A DNA stretch of 62,759 bases, filler included, from a bacterium (lineage in GTDB: Bacteria > JAMORN01), in the NCBI GenBank assembly GCA_027063545.1. It is 17 parts of 17 records of this genome, joined end to end, with 100 filler letters (N's around TTAATTAATTAA, not from the genome) between each part and the next. Parts side by side here need not be neighbours in the genome. Positions count along the whole stretch, not along the records: positions 13,862 to 25,526 come from JAMORN010000042.1; positions 25,627 to 27,540 come from JAMORN010000043.1; positions 27,641 to 29,548 come from JAMORN010000044.1; positions 29,649 to 31,551 come from JAMORN010000045.1; 13 more parts are not named here. One strand, 5' to 3'. The translations under genes and the position numbers were made by a program. Below are positions 21,165-31,418 of this stretch, in pieces. The notes under the pieces were generated by a model, which did not search any database, was not told the origin of the DNA, and saw only the letters and a program-made list of their open reading frames with translations. The stretch's first letter is position 1. Each line of letters begins with the position of its first letter.

Positions 21165-22142
21165 ATGAAAAAATACTTTTTTTATGGAGAAAATTTTATA
21201 GATAGAGAACAGGCAATATTAGATTTAATAAAAGAGGAAAAAATAAAGGAAGGTATTGTCAAATTACATGGTGATGAAGATATAACATGGTATGATGTTA
21301 TAGAAAAAATAGAATCTTCTGGAGGACTTTTTTCGACATTAAATTTACTATGGGTAAGAAATATAGAGTCTATAAAGAATCCGAAGGGCTCAAAAAATGT
21401 AGAGGATGAGTTTATTGATTTTTTAGAGAAGAATTTTGATTTACCAATAATTTTGGTTCTTGAAGCTACTAAAATAGATAAAAGAAAGAAGTTGTATAAA
21501 TATATTTTAAGGAATTTTAAGGTTGAAAAGGAATTTAAATGGCCTTATGAAAATCAAATATTAAAATGGATAGAGGAAAAAGCAAAAAAGAAGGGGTTGA
21601 TTCTTGATCAAGAGAGTTTATACTATATTGCTATTTCAAGTTCTATTTATGAAATAGATAAAGAATTAGAAAAGATTAAAATTTTTGCAGAGGATCTAGA
21701 TGGAAATATAACAAAGGATTTTTTAATAGAGGTTATAGGTCTTCATAAAATTGAATCAGTTTATTCTTTGCAGGATGCTATAATTGATAAAAATATAAAT
21801 AGGTTTTTAAGAATTTATGATAATTTAGTTAGAAATGGCGAGAATATTCATACAATATTTTATGTAATAACATCTACCTTTGAAAGACTTTTATATATAT
21901 CTGTAAATCTGAATAAATCTGTAAAAGATATTGGTAAAGAACTTGGAATTCCATTTTTCATTATTGCTTCAAAAAAATGGATAGATAAAGTAAAAAAATA
22001 TCATTCTTCTGAAAATATAATAGAGACATTAACTAATCTAAATAATCTAGAATTTGCCTTTAAAACAGGCTATATCAAAAATTTGAATGTAGGCCTAGAA
22101 AGTATAATATTGGATTATTTAAATGGAGAATCTAAATTTTAA
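21165..22142 (+). CDS. holA: DNA polymerase III delta subunit
   Basis: YFFYGE, GGLFS, IDKRKKLYK, WIEEKAKKKG, ELEKI. Confidence 0.85.
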   Translation: MKKYFFYGENFIDREQAILDLIKEEKIKEGIVKLHGDEDITWYDVIEKIESSGGLFSTLNLLWVRNIESIKNPKGSKNVEDEFIDFLEKNFDLPIILVLEATKIDKRKKLYKYILRNFKVEKEFKWPYENQILKWIEEKAKKKGLILDQESLYYIAISSSIYEIDKELEKIKIFAEDLDGNITKDFLIEVIGLHKIESVYSLQDAIIDKNINRFLRIYDNLVRNGENIHTIFYVITSTFERLLYISVNLNKSVKDIGKELGIPFFIIASKKWIDKVKKYHSSENIIETLTNLNNLEFAFKTGYIKNLNVGLESIILDYLNGESKF

Positions 22143-22950
22143 TTTGTTCTCTAGTTTTGAATTTTATCGTCATTTTTCTAATGGGTACAATATTTTTAAT
22201 CAAGATGGCGTCTTTAGTGTATGGAAAAAAAATATTTATAAAAAATTATATTTAGGTATATATGGATTTTACAGTATTTATTTCTATAATCTAAGCTTTA
22301 CTGACCTTTTTAAGAAGTATGATATAATTGAATTTGTGGATCTTTTTAATAAAATAGATGAGAAAGATTTTAAATACACCACATATACAGAGTGGAATTT
22401 TAGTTTTATTGATTATAAAAAAGATACTCTTTTCAAAAATATACCTAAAAGAAAAAAACAATATATAGAGAAATATTTAAAGTTAGAGAAAAAAGGAGAG
22501 ATCCTTTTTATAAAGGAGAATAATATAAATATATTCAAAGAAATACAAAAAGAACATGAAAGTATTTTAGGATATAAAGGTTTTCCTATTAGTATTTTAA
22601 AAAATTTTTTAAAAGAAGATTATACGGATATGTTTTATCTTAAATATAAGGACAAAGTTGTATCTTCAGTTATTTTATTTAAAGAAGATAAAAAGATTTA
22701 TTATTTTTTAAATGTTAGTAACTTAATAGTTAGAAAAATTCATGGTTTAGGTGATTTTCTATTATATAAGCTTATTACATACTATAAGAATGAAAACAGT
22801 ATTTTTATGTTAGGTCATACACCTCTATATAATAAATCTTTACTTAATTATAAACTAAATTTTGCTACAGATAATTTTAATTTTAAGATCTATAAGATTT
22901 TTAAGAATAGATTTTGGTATAGTTTATTTAAACTAAAAGAGAAAATATGA
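22123..22950 (+). CDS. GNAT-family (FemAB/Acetyltransf_6-like) protein
   Basis: DFLLYKLI...FMLGHT...SLLNYKLNF pattern; upstream of a GT4. Confidence 0.55.
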   Translation: MENLNFNLFSSFEFYRHFSNGYNIFNQDGVFSVWKKNIYKKLYLGIYGFYSIYFYNLSFTDLFKKYDIIEFVDLFNKIDEKDFKYTTYTEWNFSFIDYKKDTLFKNIPKRKKQYIEKYLKLEKKGEILFIKENNINIFKEIQKEHESILGYKGFPISILKNFLKEDYTDMFYLKYKDKVVSSVILFKEDKKIYYFLNVSNLIVRKIHGLGDFLLYKLITYYKNENSIFMLGHTPLYNKSLLNYKLNFATDNFNFKIYKIFKNRFWYSLFKLKEKI

Positions 22951-24080
22951 GAATTTTAGAAGTAATAAATGGAGTATCAATACATTCTACACTATGGGTT
23001 GAAGCTTTATATAAAAAAGGATATGATGTTTATGTATTTTTCCCTGATGAAGAATACAAAATGGGTAGTCTTATCCCTAAAGAAAGAATCTTTTATTCAT
23101 CTTTTTTAAAGTATAGATATAAAAATAAACTTTTTAGATATCTAAATTGGGGTTTTGAATTATATAAAATTTATAAAAAGATAAAACCAGATATTATTCA
23201 TATACAACTTGAACAATACTCTATGATATTTTTTGTTATGGATATAATAAGAAAATTTATGTTAGATTTTAAAGAGGTAAAACTTGTTTTTTCTTTAATG
23301 GGAGCCCAAACTTATTATGATATGCATCTAGCAAAGTATAAAAGTTTTATGTTTAAATATGCTATAAAAAAAAGTAAATTTGTTACCTATGATAGTATGA
23401 AAATGGAAAGTTTTTTAAGAGATTTTTTAAAAGAGGATTTTAAAGAAGAAAAAATGCATGAAATATTTTGGGGTGTTGATACAAAAAATTTAGATAAAGT
23501 TTTATATAGAGATAAATATAATCTAAGAGAAAAATTTAAAATAGATAAAAATAAATTCATTGTATTGTCAATAAGAAATTCTTTACCTAATTATAATTTA
23601 AAAATAATAGCCCAAACAGCAAAACTACTGGAAGATAGAGATGATATAGAATTTATATTTATAGGAAGAGGAGACTTTAAGGAAGTAAAAACTATTACAA
23701 AAAATTTAGGAAATGTGAGAGTATTCGGCTTATTAAGAGGAGAGGACTATTTTAATATAATTTATTCTAGTGATGTTGTTGTTTCTATACCTACATTTGA
23801 TTCTATATCTTTGAGTGTTTTAGAATCTTTATATTTATCAAAACCTGTAATTTCAAGTAAAATAGAGGATTTAGAGGAGTTTTTACTTGATAATGAAGTA
23901 ATATTTCTTGATAAATTAACACCTAACAATCTTAAAGAAAAAATTTTATATATTAAAGATAATTATAATAAACTCTCTAAAAACTTAAATAATTGGCGAA
24001 AAACTTTTAGAGAAAAGATAGATTTTTATGAGAACTTAGAAAAACTTGAGGAGTTATTTAAACAAATTTTAAAATCTTAA
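22947..24080 (+). CDS. Glycosyltransferase family 4
   Basis: KPDIIHI, WGVD, SDVVVSIPTFDSISLSVLESLYLSKPVISS. Confidence 0.85.
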   Translation: MRILEVINGVSIHSTLWVEALYKKGYDVYVFFPDEEYKMGSLIPKERIFYSSFLKYRYKNKLFRYLNWGFELYKIYKKIKPDIIHIQLEQYSMIFFVMDIIRKFMLDFKEVKLVFSLMGAQTYYDMHLAKYKSFMFKYAIKKSKFVTYDSMKMESFLRDFLKEDFKEEKMHEIFWGVDTKNLDKVLYRDKYNLREKFKIDKNKFIVLSIRNSLPNYNLKIIAQTAKLLEDRDDIEFIFIGRGDFKEVKTITKNLGNVRVFGLLRGEDYFNIIYSSDVVVSIPTFDSISLSVLESLYLSKPVISSKIEDLEEFLLDNEVIFLDKLTPNNLKEKILYIKDNYNKLSKNLNNWRKTFREKIDFYENLEKLEELFKQILKS

Positions 24081-24098
24081 AAAAAATAGGAGGTTAAA

Positions 24099-24287
24099 AT
24101 GGGAAAAAAGAAAGAGATTTATGGATATCTTTTTAATAGAATTGAAGAGATTGGTGGTCAAAAAATGCAGCATATAGGATTTGAACCTGAAGAAGGTGAT
24201 TTTGGAACAATGTTAGAGGAATTTGTACCTAATATAGGTGATAAATTAAAGGTTAAGGTTATATTTGAGGTTTTGGAAAAAGAGTAG
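24099..24287 (+). CDS. Small hypothetical protein (62 aa)
   Basis: Strong SD AGGAGG before ATG; protein-like composition. Confidence 0.7.
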   Translation: MGKKKEIYGYLFNRIEEIGGQKMQHIGFEPEEGDFGTMLEEFVPNIGDKLKVKVIFEVLEKE

Positions 24288-25005
24288 AATTACAATTTTT
24301 TAATATATTTATAGTTAATATAGCATCTTTTATAGCATTTTCTGTATTATTAAATGATATAATAATATTTTTTGCTAAATAACCTTTATTTATAAAATCT
24401 TCTAATTCCTTTTTTGTATAAGAGGAACTATAAAGTTTTCTATTACCATGTAGTCTTATATATAAAAACTCTTTTTCTATATTATATATCTTACTCCAAT
24501 TTTTATATTTTGGGAAAGAGGGTAAAACAACATTTAATTTATTTGCCTTAAAAAACTCCTTTTCATTGTCCCAATTTTTTTCCCTTACTTCAAAAAATGG
24601 CATTATTGAATTGCTTTGAAAAAATTCATTTATTTTAAGGATTTTTTCTTTATTATATTCTTTAGGCGAAAATTTAGGTGGAAATTGTACAAGAATACCT
24701 AAGAGTTTATCATTTAGTTTTTCTTTTAATATAAGATGGTGGGAGAGAATATTAAAATCTAACTCTTTTTTGTGTGTTATTTCTTTATATATTTTAAAAA
24801 CATAGTAAAGAGGTTTTTTTCTATATGTATAGAGAGAGTTTTTTGAAATAAGTTTATAAAATGAAGAATTAATTTCTACAAAATTGAAAAAATTTGAATA
24901 ATATTCTAAAAATTTATGTCTTTTTAAAGTGGTTGGATAAAAACTTCCAATCCATGATGTATAAAAATAACCTGCTGTTCCAATAAAAAAATTTTTTTTA
25001 CCCAT
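24259..25005 (-). CDS. DUF72 domain protein
   Basis: IGTAGY...W.G.FYP, VEINSSFY, LVQFPPKF, FEVR, YIRLHG, SFNN. Confidence 0.92.
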   Translation of the reverse strand: MGKKNFFIGTAGYFYTSWIGSFYPTTLKRHKFLEYYSNFFNFVEINSSFYKLISKNSLYTYRKKPLYYVFKIYKEITHKKELDFNILSHHLILKEKLNDKLLGILVQFPPKFSPKEYNKEKILKINEFFQSNSIMPFFEVREKNWDNEKEFFKANKLNVVLPSFPKYKNWSKIYNIEKEFLYIRLHGNRKLYSSSYTKKELEDFINKGYLAKNIIISFNNTENAIKDAILTINILKNCNSTLFPKPQI

Positions 25006-25526
25006 TTTTTATTTTTGATAAAAAGTATTTAGTTAGAGGTATATCATTATTTTCTATACTTAACTTTGCAAATATTGGAAAAAGATAAGAAGGAGGATTT
25101 TTGTCTAGTTCTAATAGTTTTTTCATATATAAATATCCATTTTTATAGTCATTAAGAAAGAATAAACTTCTTATTATACCTTCAAGAGATTTAATTTGTT
25201 CCAATTTTATATTTATAGGAACCTCAAATTTAACTAGATTATTTTCAATAAGATTTAGTGATTTTTCAAATTCTTCTTTAGCATCTTTGAATCTGTTTGC
25301 TTTTAAAAGAATCAAGCCTTTAAAGTTAAATAATATAGGATTTTTATCCTCTATTTCTAAACTTTTATCTATATATCTTAATGAGTTTTCTATATTTTTG
25401 TTATATAAGAGCTCAATATATGAGAGATAGTAATAAACCATGTGAAGATATGAAAAAATAGTATTAAAATAATTTTTATTTATCTTAGAAATTAAATCAA
25501 GAAGTGTATTTTGAGCCTCTTTTATC
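24998..25526 (-). CDS. Tetratricopeptide-repeat protein (5' truncated)
   Basis: TPR pattern NPILFNFKGLILLKANRFKDAKEEFEKSL; frame open to contig edge. Confidence 0.7.
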
Positions 25527-25626
25527 NNNNNNNNNNNNNNNNNNNNNNNNNNNNNNNNNNNNNNNNNNNNTTAATTAATTAANNNNNNNNNNNNNNNNNN
25601 NNNNNNNNNNNNNNNNNNNNNNNNNN

Positions 25627-25706
25627 CAAGAAGTATTTTTATTGGATTAAAGGATGCTGTAAAAGAGATGAAAGAAATTATATATAAAGCAAGGGGAGAG
25701 TTATAG
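25627..25706 (+). CDS. pdxJ: C-terminal fragment resembling pyridoxine 5'-phosphate synthase PdxJ
   Basis: Hand translation RSIFIGLKDAVKEMKEII matches the PdxJ C-terminal pattern; pdxA is present elsewhere; only 25 codons. Confidence 0.55.
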
Positions 25707-25710
25707 TACT

Positions 25711-26562
25711 ATGATAGTTTTAAAAGTTAATGGAATAGAGGTTGATGATATTTTATATAAATATTATATCCAAAAATTTAGAAGGGATAATTCTACTTAT
25801 GAATTTTTAGACGAAAAGGAGATTGAAAGAGTAGCAAAATATGAATTAATAAAGAGGGCTTTACTTCTATCTTTAGCAGAAAGGGAGAATATTATTGTTA
25901 CAGAAAAAGATGTAGAGAAGAAGTTAGCTAATTTAGTTGTGGGTTATAAGACACCAGAAGATTTTAAAAGAGATATTGAAAATACTCCATTAGGTTTTAA
26001 AAGATATATGGAAATTGTTGTTGAAGATATAAAAATAGAAAAGTTTTTAAAGAAAAAGTTTAATATAGAAGATTATAAGGTGGATATTTCAGAAATGCTT
26101 GAATATTACGAAAAAAATAAACATTTATATTCTGGGTATAAGAAAATACGAGTAAGTCATATTCTCATTAAAATAGACAGTAATGATAGCGAGGAAGAAA
26201 AGCAAAGAAAGTACGAATTTTTAGTTGGCGTAAAGTATAAAGATATGCCTTTTGAGGAAAAGGCTAAATTGTTTTCTCAATGTTCTTCTAAAGATAGAGG
26301 AGGAGATTTAGGGTATATAACAAAAGGAATGATGCCTCCTGAATTTGAAAGGGTAGCTTTTTCTTTAGATGTAGGAGAAGTGAGTTCTGTAGTGGAGACT
26401 ATTTTAGGATTTCATTTAATTAAAGTTACAGATAAAATAGAAGGGTTTGATGCTGTAAAAGATGAAATAGAAAATTATTTAAAGAATAGAAAAATGATAA
26501 TGGATATTGAAAATTTTATAAAAGAGGAATTAATAAAAGCAGATATACAGGATTATTTATAG
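25711..26562 (+). CDS. PpiC-type peptidyl-prolyl isomerase (SurA_N + rotamase), no obvious signal peptide
   Basis: VSHILIK, FEEKAKLFSQCSSKDRGGDLG, PEFERVAF, GFHLIKV. Confidence 0.88.
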   Translation: MIVLKVNGIEVDDILYKYYIQKFRRDNSTYEFLDEKEIERVAKYELIKRALLLSLAERENIIVTEKDVEKKLANLVVGYKTPEDFKRDIENTPLGFKRYMEIVVEDIKIEKFLKKKFNIEDYKVDISEMLEYYEKNKHLYSGYKKIRVSHILIKIDSNDSEEEKQRKYEFLVGVKYKDMPFEEKAKLFSQCSSKDRGGDLGYITKGMMPPEFERVAFSLDVGEVSSVVETILGFHLIKVTDKIEGFDAVKDEIENYLKNRKMIMDIENFIKEELIKADIQDYL

Positions 26563-26589
26563 AAGAATAAAATAAAAAGGAACGTTGGT

Positions 26590-27159
26590 ATGTTTAAAAA
26601 AAGTTTAATATTTTTATATATTTTTTTACCTCTTAGTATATTTGCTAAAAGCTTTTCTTTTTATACAGGTATAGAATTTAATTATTTATTATTACAAGAG
26701 TATAGATATAATATATCAACCAGTTATTATACACATCTTTATTCTTCGTCTGGTTTTGGTTTTGACATGGCTTTAGACAAAAAGATTTTTAAAAATTTTG
26801 GTGTTTCTGTGGGAAAAACAATAAATTATTTTCCATTAAATAGTGGTAAATTTTTTATTGATAATATTGATATAGGTATTTTTTTTGAATATCGTGTAAA
26901 AAAAGGGATAAATAAATTTTTTTCTAATATAAACTTTTCTGATTTAGCAAAAATTTTTTATAATGCCTCAAATATGTATGGAGGAATAGGATTAGATTTA
27001 GGATATTTAACCAATGTGTTATGGAATTATAAAGATCTATTTTGGGGTTTTGAATTAGGATTTAAGAGTTTTTATGATATAAAACAGATTAGTTATGACT
27101 ATGATATAGGTATTTTAATGCTAAATAATTATTCTATTAAAATACTTAAAAGATTTTAA
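26590..27159 (+). CDS. Putative small outer-membrane beta-barrel protein
   Basis: Signal peptide, alternating aromatic/Gly beta strands, terminal Phe. Confidence 0.5.
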   Translation: MFKKSLIFLYIFLPLSIFAKSFSFYTGIEFNYLLLQEYRYNISTSYYTHLYSSSGFGFDMALDKKIFKNFGVSVGKTINYFPLNSGKFFIDNIDIGIFFEYRVKKGINKFFSNINFSDLAKIFYNASNMYGGIGLDLGYLTNVLWNYKDLFWGFELGFKSFYDIKQISYDYDIGILMLNNYSIKILKRF

Positions 27160-27171
27160 CTCAATTTTTAA

Positions 27172-27540
27172 TTATTTAAAATAGTTTTTTAGATTTTCTT
27201 CAAATGGTGGGTAAATAATACCTTTGTCTGTGATTATCGCTGTTATATTTTCATGGGGGACAACATCAAAAGCAGGATTAAAAACATCCACATCCTCTGG
27301 CGCTATCTGACAATCCCTGTAGTAGATTATCTCTTTTTTATCCCTTTCTTCTATAGGGATTTGATCTCCTGATTTTAAAGACATATCAATAGTAGAATAA
27401 GGAGCAGCAATATATAAAGGAATGTTATGATATTTTGCTAAAATAGATAAGGAATAAGATCCAATTTTATTTGCTGTATCTCCATTTGCAGCTATTCTAT
27501 CAGCACCTATTATTATTTTATCAAGCATTTTATTTTTCAT
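27172..27540 (-). CDS. mtnA: S-methyl-5-thioribose-1-phosphate isomerase, C-terminal part
   Basis: GADRIAANGDTANKIG, IPIEER, FNPAFDVVP..ITAIITDKG; cut at contig edge. Confidence 0.95.
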   Translation of the reverse strand: MKNKMLDKIIIGADRIAANGDTANKIGSYSLSILAKYHNIPLYIAAPYSTIDMSLKSGDQIPIEERDKKEIIYYRDCQIAPEDVDVFNPAFDVVPHENITAIITDKGIIYPPFEENLKNYFK

Positions 27541-27641
27541 NNNNNNNNNNNNNNNNNNNNNNNNNNNNNNNNNNNNNNNNNNNNTTAATTAATTAANNNN
27601 NNNNNNNNNNNNNNNNNNNNNNNNNNNNNNNNNNNNNNNNT

Positions 27642-28304
27642 GCGTCATCTCATATTATGCTCCCCCAAAAAATTCGTACTTACCGTCAATTAAAAAAGCT
27701 TGTGCTATTATATAAAAACTTAAAATCTGATATAATGTTTATTTTTTATAATCCTAAAAATAAATATCATACTTATCTTTTATCTTTACCATTGTCTTTA
27801 AAAATAGGATTATATCATCCATCAATAGAACCTATTGCAAATCTTTTATACAAAATATCTAATCCTAATGAATACTATGGAATACACTTATTTAAATTTT
27901 TTAAATTTATTGGATTACCATTTAAAAATCATATCCCAAATTTCTTTAAAAATCTAGCATACTTCCATAAAAATATTTTTATCTTAACCAATCAAACACC
28001 TAGTTATATTGAAAAAGTAAAAACTAACTTTTCCCTTAATGACTTTTTTTTATTAACTCCAAATATAAACCAGGAGTGGGTAGAATCAAAATTGCCTATA
28101 AAAAACTATAAAACAAATATAAAAATTGTTGATATTTTAAAATCTTTATCTAATATAGAGAACATAATTGTAGAAGAAGATTCTATTTTTGTTCATATTG
28201 TTCCTTATTACTCTAATATACAAAAGATATTTATATTAAAATCGGAAACTTCTATTAATTCAAAATTTAAAATCCCTCCAAATGAAAAAATGGTAATTTT
28301 ATAA
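27642..28304 (+). CDS. Divergent GT9 (heptosyltransferase-like) fragment or hypothetical protein
   Basis: EDSIFVHI resembles the GT9 DSGPMHL motif; frame open from contig edge. Confidence 0.35.
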   Translation, partial: ASSHIMLPQKIRTYRQLKKLVLLYKNLKSDIMFIFYNPKNKYHTYLLSLPLSLKIGLYHPSIEPIANLLYKISNPNEYYGIHLFKFFKFIGLPFKNHIPNFFKNLAYFHKNIFILTNQTPSYIEKVKTNFSLNDFFLLTPNINQEWVESKLPIKNYKTNIKIVDILKSLSNIENIIVEEDSIFVHIVPYYSNIQKIFILKSETSINSKFKIPPNEKMVIL

Positions 28305-28329
28305 GGAATAAAGGATATTAAAAACATAA

Positions 28330-28402
28330 TGCGCCCAGCAGGACTCGAACCTGCGACCTACTGATTAAGAGTCAGTTGCTCTACCAACTGAGCTATGGGC
28401 GC
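28330..28402 (-). tRNA. tRNA-Lys (anticodon CTT), CCA not encoded
   Basis: Reverse complement GCGCCCATAGCTCAGTTGGTAGAGCAACTGACTCTTAATCAGTAGGTCGCAGGTTCGAGTCCTGCTGGGCGCA folds as a cloverleaf. Confidence 0.97.
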
Positions 28403-28501
28403 ATTTTTAGATAAAGTTAGTATTAAAATATAATATTTTATACTCAAAAAAACAAATTTAATTTTATTTGGAAAACCTTAATATAAAAACTTTACAAAAA
28501 A

Positions 28502-29548
28502 CTATTGAGTCTTATACCTAAAATTTCCTTCCTCTTGTGGTACTTCTCCAAGGTCTTCTACTTGTAAATCCTCTTCTTTATGAGATTTTATAATATGAGG
28601 TGTAACAAATATTATCAAATCTCTATTTATTTTTTCTTTTCTTGTATATCTAAATAACGCTCCTATTATAGGTATATCTCTCAAAATAGGTATTCCTCTT
28701 TTTACTTCTAACTCTTCTTGATTAGCTAATCCTCCTATAACTATAGTCTGGCCATCTTCAACTAATACCTCTGTCTTTGCAGACTGCTCTTTAAATATAG
28801 GCTGTCCAAGTTGAGGATCTACCTGATATGATTTCTTTGATGGTTTCAATTCCATTAAAATTTTCCCATCTCTAGTTATATGAGGTTTTACTACTAATTT
28901 TGTACCTGCATCTATTAGCTGTGTTGAAGTATGTCCCTCTGCGTCTCTTGTTAAGATAGGAACTTTTTCTCCCATAAATACTTCTGCTTCTTTATTATCT
29001 AATGTAACTATTTGCGGACTTGCTAAAATGTCTGCCTTATTAGTCTTTGCTAAATAATCTATTGTTACGTAATCTAATATACCAAATATAAATCCTCCAT
29101 TTTGTAAAACAAAATCATTAACACCAGAATTTGCCGGTGCCTCTATACTAACAACTTGCTCCGCTGGTGTTCCTGGAGAAGAAGTTAATGCAAAATTTTC
29201 ATTAGCTTCTATAAACTTCCAGTTTATTCCCATCTCTTGTACTACATTATGGTCAACATATACTAACTTAGCTTCTATTAATACTTGTGGTGTTTCTAAA
29301 TCTAATCTCTTTATAACCTCTTCTATTTGTTTTATATTTTTTTCTGTATCAACTATTATAATAGAATTAGTCTTTTCAACCACTGTTGTCTTTCCTCTTG
29401 GAGAAAGTAATGACTTTATAGCATTATCTATTTCTGAAGCCTTTGAATTATTTATTCTTATAATTTTCATTTTTAATGGAGCTACATTCTCTAATTCCTG
29501 AGATGATTTAGCATTTTCTAACATTAATTTATTATACTCTTCTGTTGT
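28502..29548 (-). CDS. pilQ: Type IV pilus secretin PilQ, C-terminal part
   Basis: LLSPRG...TNSIIIVDT, QVLIEAKLV, SPQIVTLDNKEA, DGQTIVIGGL, IPILRDIPIIGALF, LIIFVTPHI. Confidence 0.88.
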   Translation of the reverse strand, partial: TTEEYNKLMLENAKSSQELENVAPLKMKIIRINNSKASEIDNAIKSLLSPRGKTTVVEKTNSIIIVDTEKNIKQIEEVIKRLDLETPQVLIEAKLVYVDHNVVQEMGINWKFIEANENFALTSSPGTPAEQVVSIEAPANSGVNDFVLQNGGFIFGILDYVTIDYLAKTNKADILASPQIVTLDNKEAEVFMGEKVPILTRDAEGHTSTQLIDAGTKLVVKPHITRDGKILMELKPSKKSYQVDPQLGQPIFKEQSAKTEVLVEDGQTIVIGGLANQEELEVKRGIPILRDIPIIGALFRYTRKEKINRDLIIFVTPHIIKSHKEEDLQVEDLGEVPQEEGNFRYKTQ

Positions 29549-29648
29549 NNNNNNNNNNNNNNNNNNNNNNNNNNNNNNNNNNNNNNNNNNNNTTAATTAA
29601 TTAANNNNNNNNNNNNNNNNNNNNNNNNNNNNNNNNNNNNNNNNNNNN

Positions 29649-30129
29649 AATTTTAAATCCATGGCATATAAAAGTTATTTATAAACAAAATAAAATATAT
29701 AAAATACTTTTTGATAATAAAAATAATGAATTTTACAGAAATTTTTTAAAAAAGTTAAAAAAGAAAAATTATAAGTTAGAATTTTTAGAAATCTCTCCCT
29801 TTAATATAATTGAATTATTAGAAAAATATTTTATAGAAAAAAAAGATCCTCCTTTTATTGAAATTAAAAACATAAAAAAAGAAAAATACCGGGTTCTTAA
29901 ATATTTAAAAGAACATATCAAATTATCCCAAACAATAACCTATTCTCAACTTTCAAATTATATATACAATATTCCTATATATAGAAGAAAAATAGCACTT
30001 TTTATGAAAACAAATAATTTTCCTATAATATACCCATGTCATAGGGTTGTGGGTAAAAACAGTTATGGAGGTTTTACACCTTCTATTGATCTCAAAATAA
30101 AACTTCTCTCATTTGAAAAAAATATATAA
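29649..30129 (+). CDS. ogt: Methylated-DNA--protein-cysteine methyltransferase (5' truncated; missing from ORF track)
   Basis: Hand translation: TITYSQLS...NNFPIIYPCHRVVGKNSYGGF...KIKLLSFE; PCHRV active site. Confidence 0.88.
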
Positions 30130-30135
30130 AATAAT

Positions 30136-30164
30136 TTGACTTTAAATATAGAAATATCTAAATT
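30136..30164 (+). promoter_or_regulatory. Putative sigma70 promoter of the feoA pair, overlapped by a TATAG-N6-CTAAA imperfect palindrome
   Basis: TTGACT (30136-30141), 17-nt spacer, TAAATT (30159-30164). Confidence 0.55.
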
Positions 30165-30201
30165 TTAATATCATAAAAAAAGTGATAAAAGGAGAATATA
30201 T

Positions 30202-30438
30202 ATGGAAAGAAAGCTCTCAGAGGTTATAGAAGGAAGTGAGGTTATAATAAAAAGATTAGAGAATGAACCTATTATAAAGAGAAGGTTAATAGATATGGGG
30301 ATTGTTCCAGGGAAAAAAGTAAAGGTGTTATCAGTTGCTCCTTTAGGAGATCCTATAAAGGTTGATGTAGAAGGATTTGAAGTTTCTTTAAGGAAGACAG
30401 AAGCAGAGATAGTTGTTATTGAGGAGGTTGTAAATTGA
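30202..30438 (+). CDS. feoA: Ferrous iron transport protein FeoA
   Basis: RRLIDMGIVPG...APLGDPI...SLRKTEA. Confidence 0.95.
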   Translation: MERKLSEVIEGSEVIIKRLENEPIIKRRLIDMGIVPGKKVKVLSVAPLGDPIKVDVEGFEVSLRKTEAEIVVIEEVVN

Positions 30439-30683
30439 TTCCTTTAATTTTACTCGAGTCTGGAAAAAAAGCTATTATAAGGAAAATAAACGGAGGAATA
30501 GGGGCAAAACAGCAGCTTGTAAATTTAGGAATAGTAGAAGGCACTATTATTGTTTTAAAAAGTAAGTTAGGAAATAATTTCGGGCCTATTATGATAACCA
30601 TTGTAGATGATAAGACAAATACATATAGAGATGTAGCTATTGGCTGGGGGCTTGCTTCAAAAATTTTAGTTGAGGAGTTATAA
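30435..30683 (+). CDS. feoA: Second FeoA-family protein (TTG start)
   Basis: GGIGAKQQLVNLGIVEG...GPI...AIGWGLASKILVE; GAGG SD. Confidence 0.85.
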   Translation: MIPLILLESGKKAIIRKINGGIGAKQQLVNLGIVEGTIIVLKSKLGNNFGPIMITIVDDKTNTYRDVAIGWGLASKILVEEL

Positions 30684-30692
30684 TTTTTTTAT

Positions 30693-31418
30693 TTATTTTT
30701 CTGCTTTTACAATAATATTTAATCCAAATGGTAAAGAGAATTTAGAGATTATTTTTGCTTCTATATAATAGGGTATTTCAAGGATTTTATTTAAGAAATT
30801 ATGAGTTTCTGTAAGGTCTGTTTTTTTTAGATTTAAAAGTTTAATTATCATTCTACTTGATACAGCAAGTGGGAACAAAATTGTTGAGTAATATGATATA
30901 TAAATGTTTTTAAAGCCTATTTCTGAGAGTAAATTATAGAGTTCTTTTTTTGTATATCTTCTATAGTGTTTATGGATTTCATCATGATATGAGAAAAGCC
31001 ACATATATGCAGGTACTGTTAAAAATAGTATACCATTATTTTTTAATAGCCTGTTGTATATAATTTTTAGAGCTTTTTTATCTTCTTTTATATGTTCCAA
31101 AACATCAAAGAGTACTATCATGTCATATTTTTTATCAGGAAATTTTTCAGGAAATATAAATGGATAAATATTATTTATACCCAAATTTTTTAAAAAATTT
31201 ATTGCATCTTCATAGGGTTCTATTACATCGATTATATTTTTATATTTATTTAAAAGATTAATTTGAGCTCCGTAACCTGCACCTATTTCTAGAATATTAT
31301 ATTTTTTGTTTTTTTTTAAAAATCTATTAAAAACAGATTCTATAATTTTTTTTCTTCCCTTGAACCACCAATGGGAATATTGGGTATTTTTTATAAATTC
31401 ATAAGCCTCTTTTTCCAT
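30693..31418 (-). CDS. Class I SAM-dependent methyltransferase
   Basis: HWWFKGR, ILEIGAGYG, FDVLEHI, LTVPAY...HDE...HYRRY. Confidence 0.9.
   Translation of the reverse strand: MEKEAYEFIKNTQYSHWWFKGRKKIIESVFNRFLKKNKKYNILEIGAGYGAQINLLNKYKNIIDVIEPYEDAINFLKNLGINNIYPFIFPEKFPDKKYDMIVLFDVLEHIKEDKKALKIIYNRLLKNNGILFLTVPAYMWLFSYHDEIHKHYRRYTKKELYNLLSEIGFKNIYISYYSTILFPLAVSSRMIIKLLNLKKTDLTETHNFLNKILEIPYYIEAKIISKFSLPFGLNIIVKAEK

Noticed and set aside
28330-28402. tRNA-Lys as an integration site
   Set aside because: No integrase or duplicated tRNA 3' end noticed nearby
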